NCBI RefSeq assembly: GCF_023585785.1
Contig: NZ_CP097765.1
Coordinates: 600,001 to 632,000, forward strand
Direction: 5' to 3'
Source: Blochmannia endosymbiont of Camponotus modoc
Lineage (GTDB): Bacteria > Pseudomonadota > Gammaproteobacteria > Enterobacterales > Enterobacteriaceae
DNA length: 32,000 nucleotides
How positions within the stretch are numbered: the first letter of the stretch is position 1; every line of letters starts with the position of its first letter. The notes beneath the pieces are model-generated. The model was not told the DNA's origin, did not search any database, and saw only the letters and a list, made by a program, of their open reading frames with translations. This document shows positions 30,912 to 32,000 of this stretch, in pieces. The translations under genes and the position numbers were made by a program.

Positions 30912-32000
30912 AAAATTTACCCGTATTCAGTTATATTCAAATATTTCATCTTATTAAGTAACTTCATTGGTATGATCAGAATCAATATTGAAATTTGTAC
31001 TTATTATTATCTACCCCTTAAAATTTAACACAATATTCCGGTATAAAAATTTTTATCTAAAAAAATCAACATAAAATACTGTAATTATTGCCTATTCGAT
31101 TGAACGTAATTTTATGATATTAAAACAATAGTACATTTAATCAGATATTTTAATATTATAATTTTTTCATGAAATCGTTCTATGTAAAAGATCTTTTATT
31201 TATAAAATCAAACACTACAAATAATGTAGTGACTACTTTAGCGCCCTACTTATATAGTAGTAATATTTTGTGATTACATTCGTACACAACATGTATGAAC
31301 TGATCTATAGTAATTTAAAATTTAAATTATCCAAATCAATGTTACTTTAATGATTCGATTATTTTTAGAAAATATATTTTCATTATATATATAATTTTTA
31401 ATTATAATTTTTGTAAGTTTTACCGTCGTAAAGATCGTACATTACTATTTTATAGTAATAAATACACAACATTTATGTTAGTGTTAATGAAACTTACGGT
31501 CATAAATAAAAATACGCACTCTGGCCACCTTAAACACAAGTATGTTGCATACTTGTTATAAATTTAGTTATATTAAATATAATAATTTATTTTCAGTGGT
31601 TATAAATACTTTGAATACCTCATACAACTCATTGCTGTAATTATATAATCAACTATATGCTTCTCGAAAACACGTAAGTCTGTGTATTGATTGGATAAAA
31701 ATATCTACTATTATACAATTGCATATGTTGTGTTTATGAAAAAGAATGCAATTGCAAGTGTTGTATATTTTATTTAGTACATTTATTTATGCGTATAAAT
31801 GGTTATTTGTTGGTATCCTATATTCAATCTTAAAAATTAAATAATTATCATTTTATCAAAAATTATTACATAAAGTAAATATTTATATTATTTGATGGAA
31901 TTAGGGTGTTGAACGTTTGTGAGTATAAGTATATCCACTCATGTGGTTGCATATATTAATATCAATAGATTATTATGTAGTTATAAACATTATAAAAATA

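Noticed and set aside
30765-31028. 87-aa plus-strand ORF overlapping the start of fpr
   Set aside because: Antisense to the conserved Fpr N-terminus; Tyr/Ile-rich shadow translation.
1-32000. CRISPR arrays, tRNA/rRNA genes, prophage, transposon or defence genes
   Set aside because: No regularly spaced repeats, cloverleaf/T-loop GTTCGA signatures, rRNA-like blocks, integrase/transposase or defence-type ORFs seen by eye. tRNAscan-SE, Infernal and minced would be needed to exclude them formally.

Overview
This window looks like chromosomal backbone from a reduced, strongly A+T-rich insect endosymbiont of the Enterobacterales. Protein similarities and the eroded E. coli-like gene order fit 'Candidatus Blochmannia' (carpenter-ant symbiont) best; that genus call is inference. 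Coding content, left to right: a small membrane ORF, ubiD, dsbA, polA, engB(-), glnA(-), rpoZ(-), gmk(-), a MarR/SlyA-type regulator(-), yicC(-), dut(-), coaBC(-), rpmB, rpmG (55 aa, missing from the ORF track), coaD(-), waaA(-), waaC(-), waaF(-), hldD(-), yibN, grxC, secB, gpsA, cysE, pfkA, tpiA(-), fpr(-). Long A+T-rich spacers occupy slots where E. coli carries further genes (spoT, radC, mutM, outer-core LPS genes and waaL, gpmI/envC/tdh/kbl). I see no tRNA, rRNA, CRISPR array, prophage, transposon or defence island, and no clear new multi-gene system. The best non-obvious signals are: (1) a 43-bp perfect inverted repeat with a 5-nt loop just upstream of coaBC, and a 24-bp perfect, GC-cored inverted repeat after rpmG, so that the pair brackets rpmB-rpmG; (2) a PolA whose 3'-5' proofreading metal-ligand positions all appear substituted while the polymerase domain is conserved; (3) a YibN rhodanese domain with no cysteine in its active-site loop; (4) an altered nucleotide-site loop in GlnA; (5) A9-A10 tracts inside intact essential genes; (6) a 1.8-kb non-coding spacer where the LPS outer-core/ligase genes would lie.
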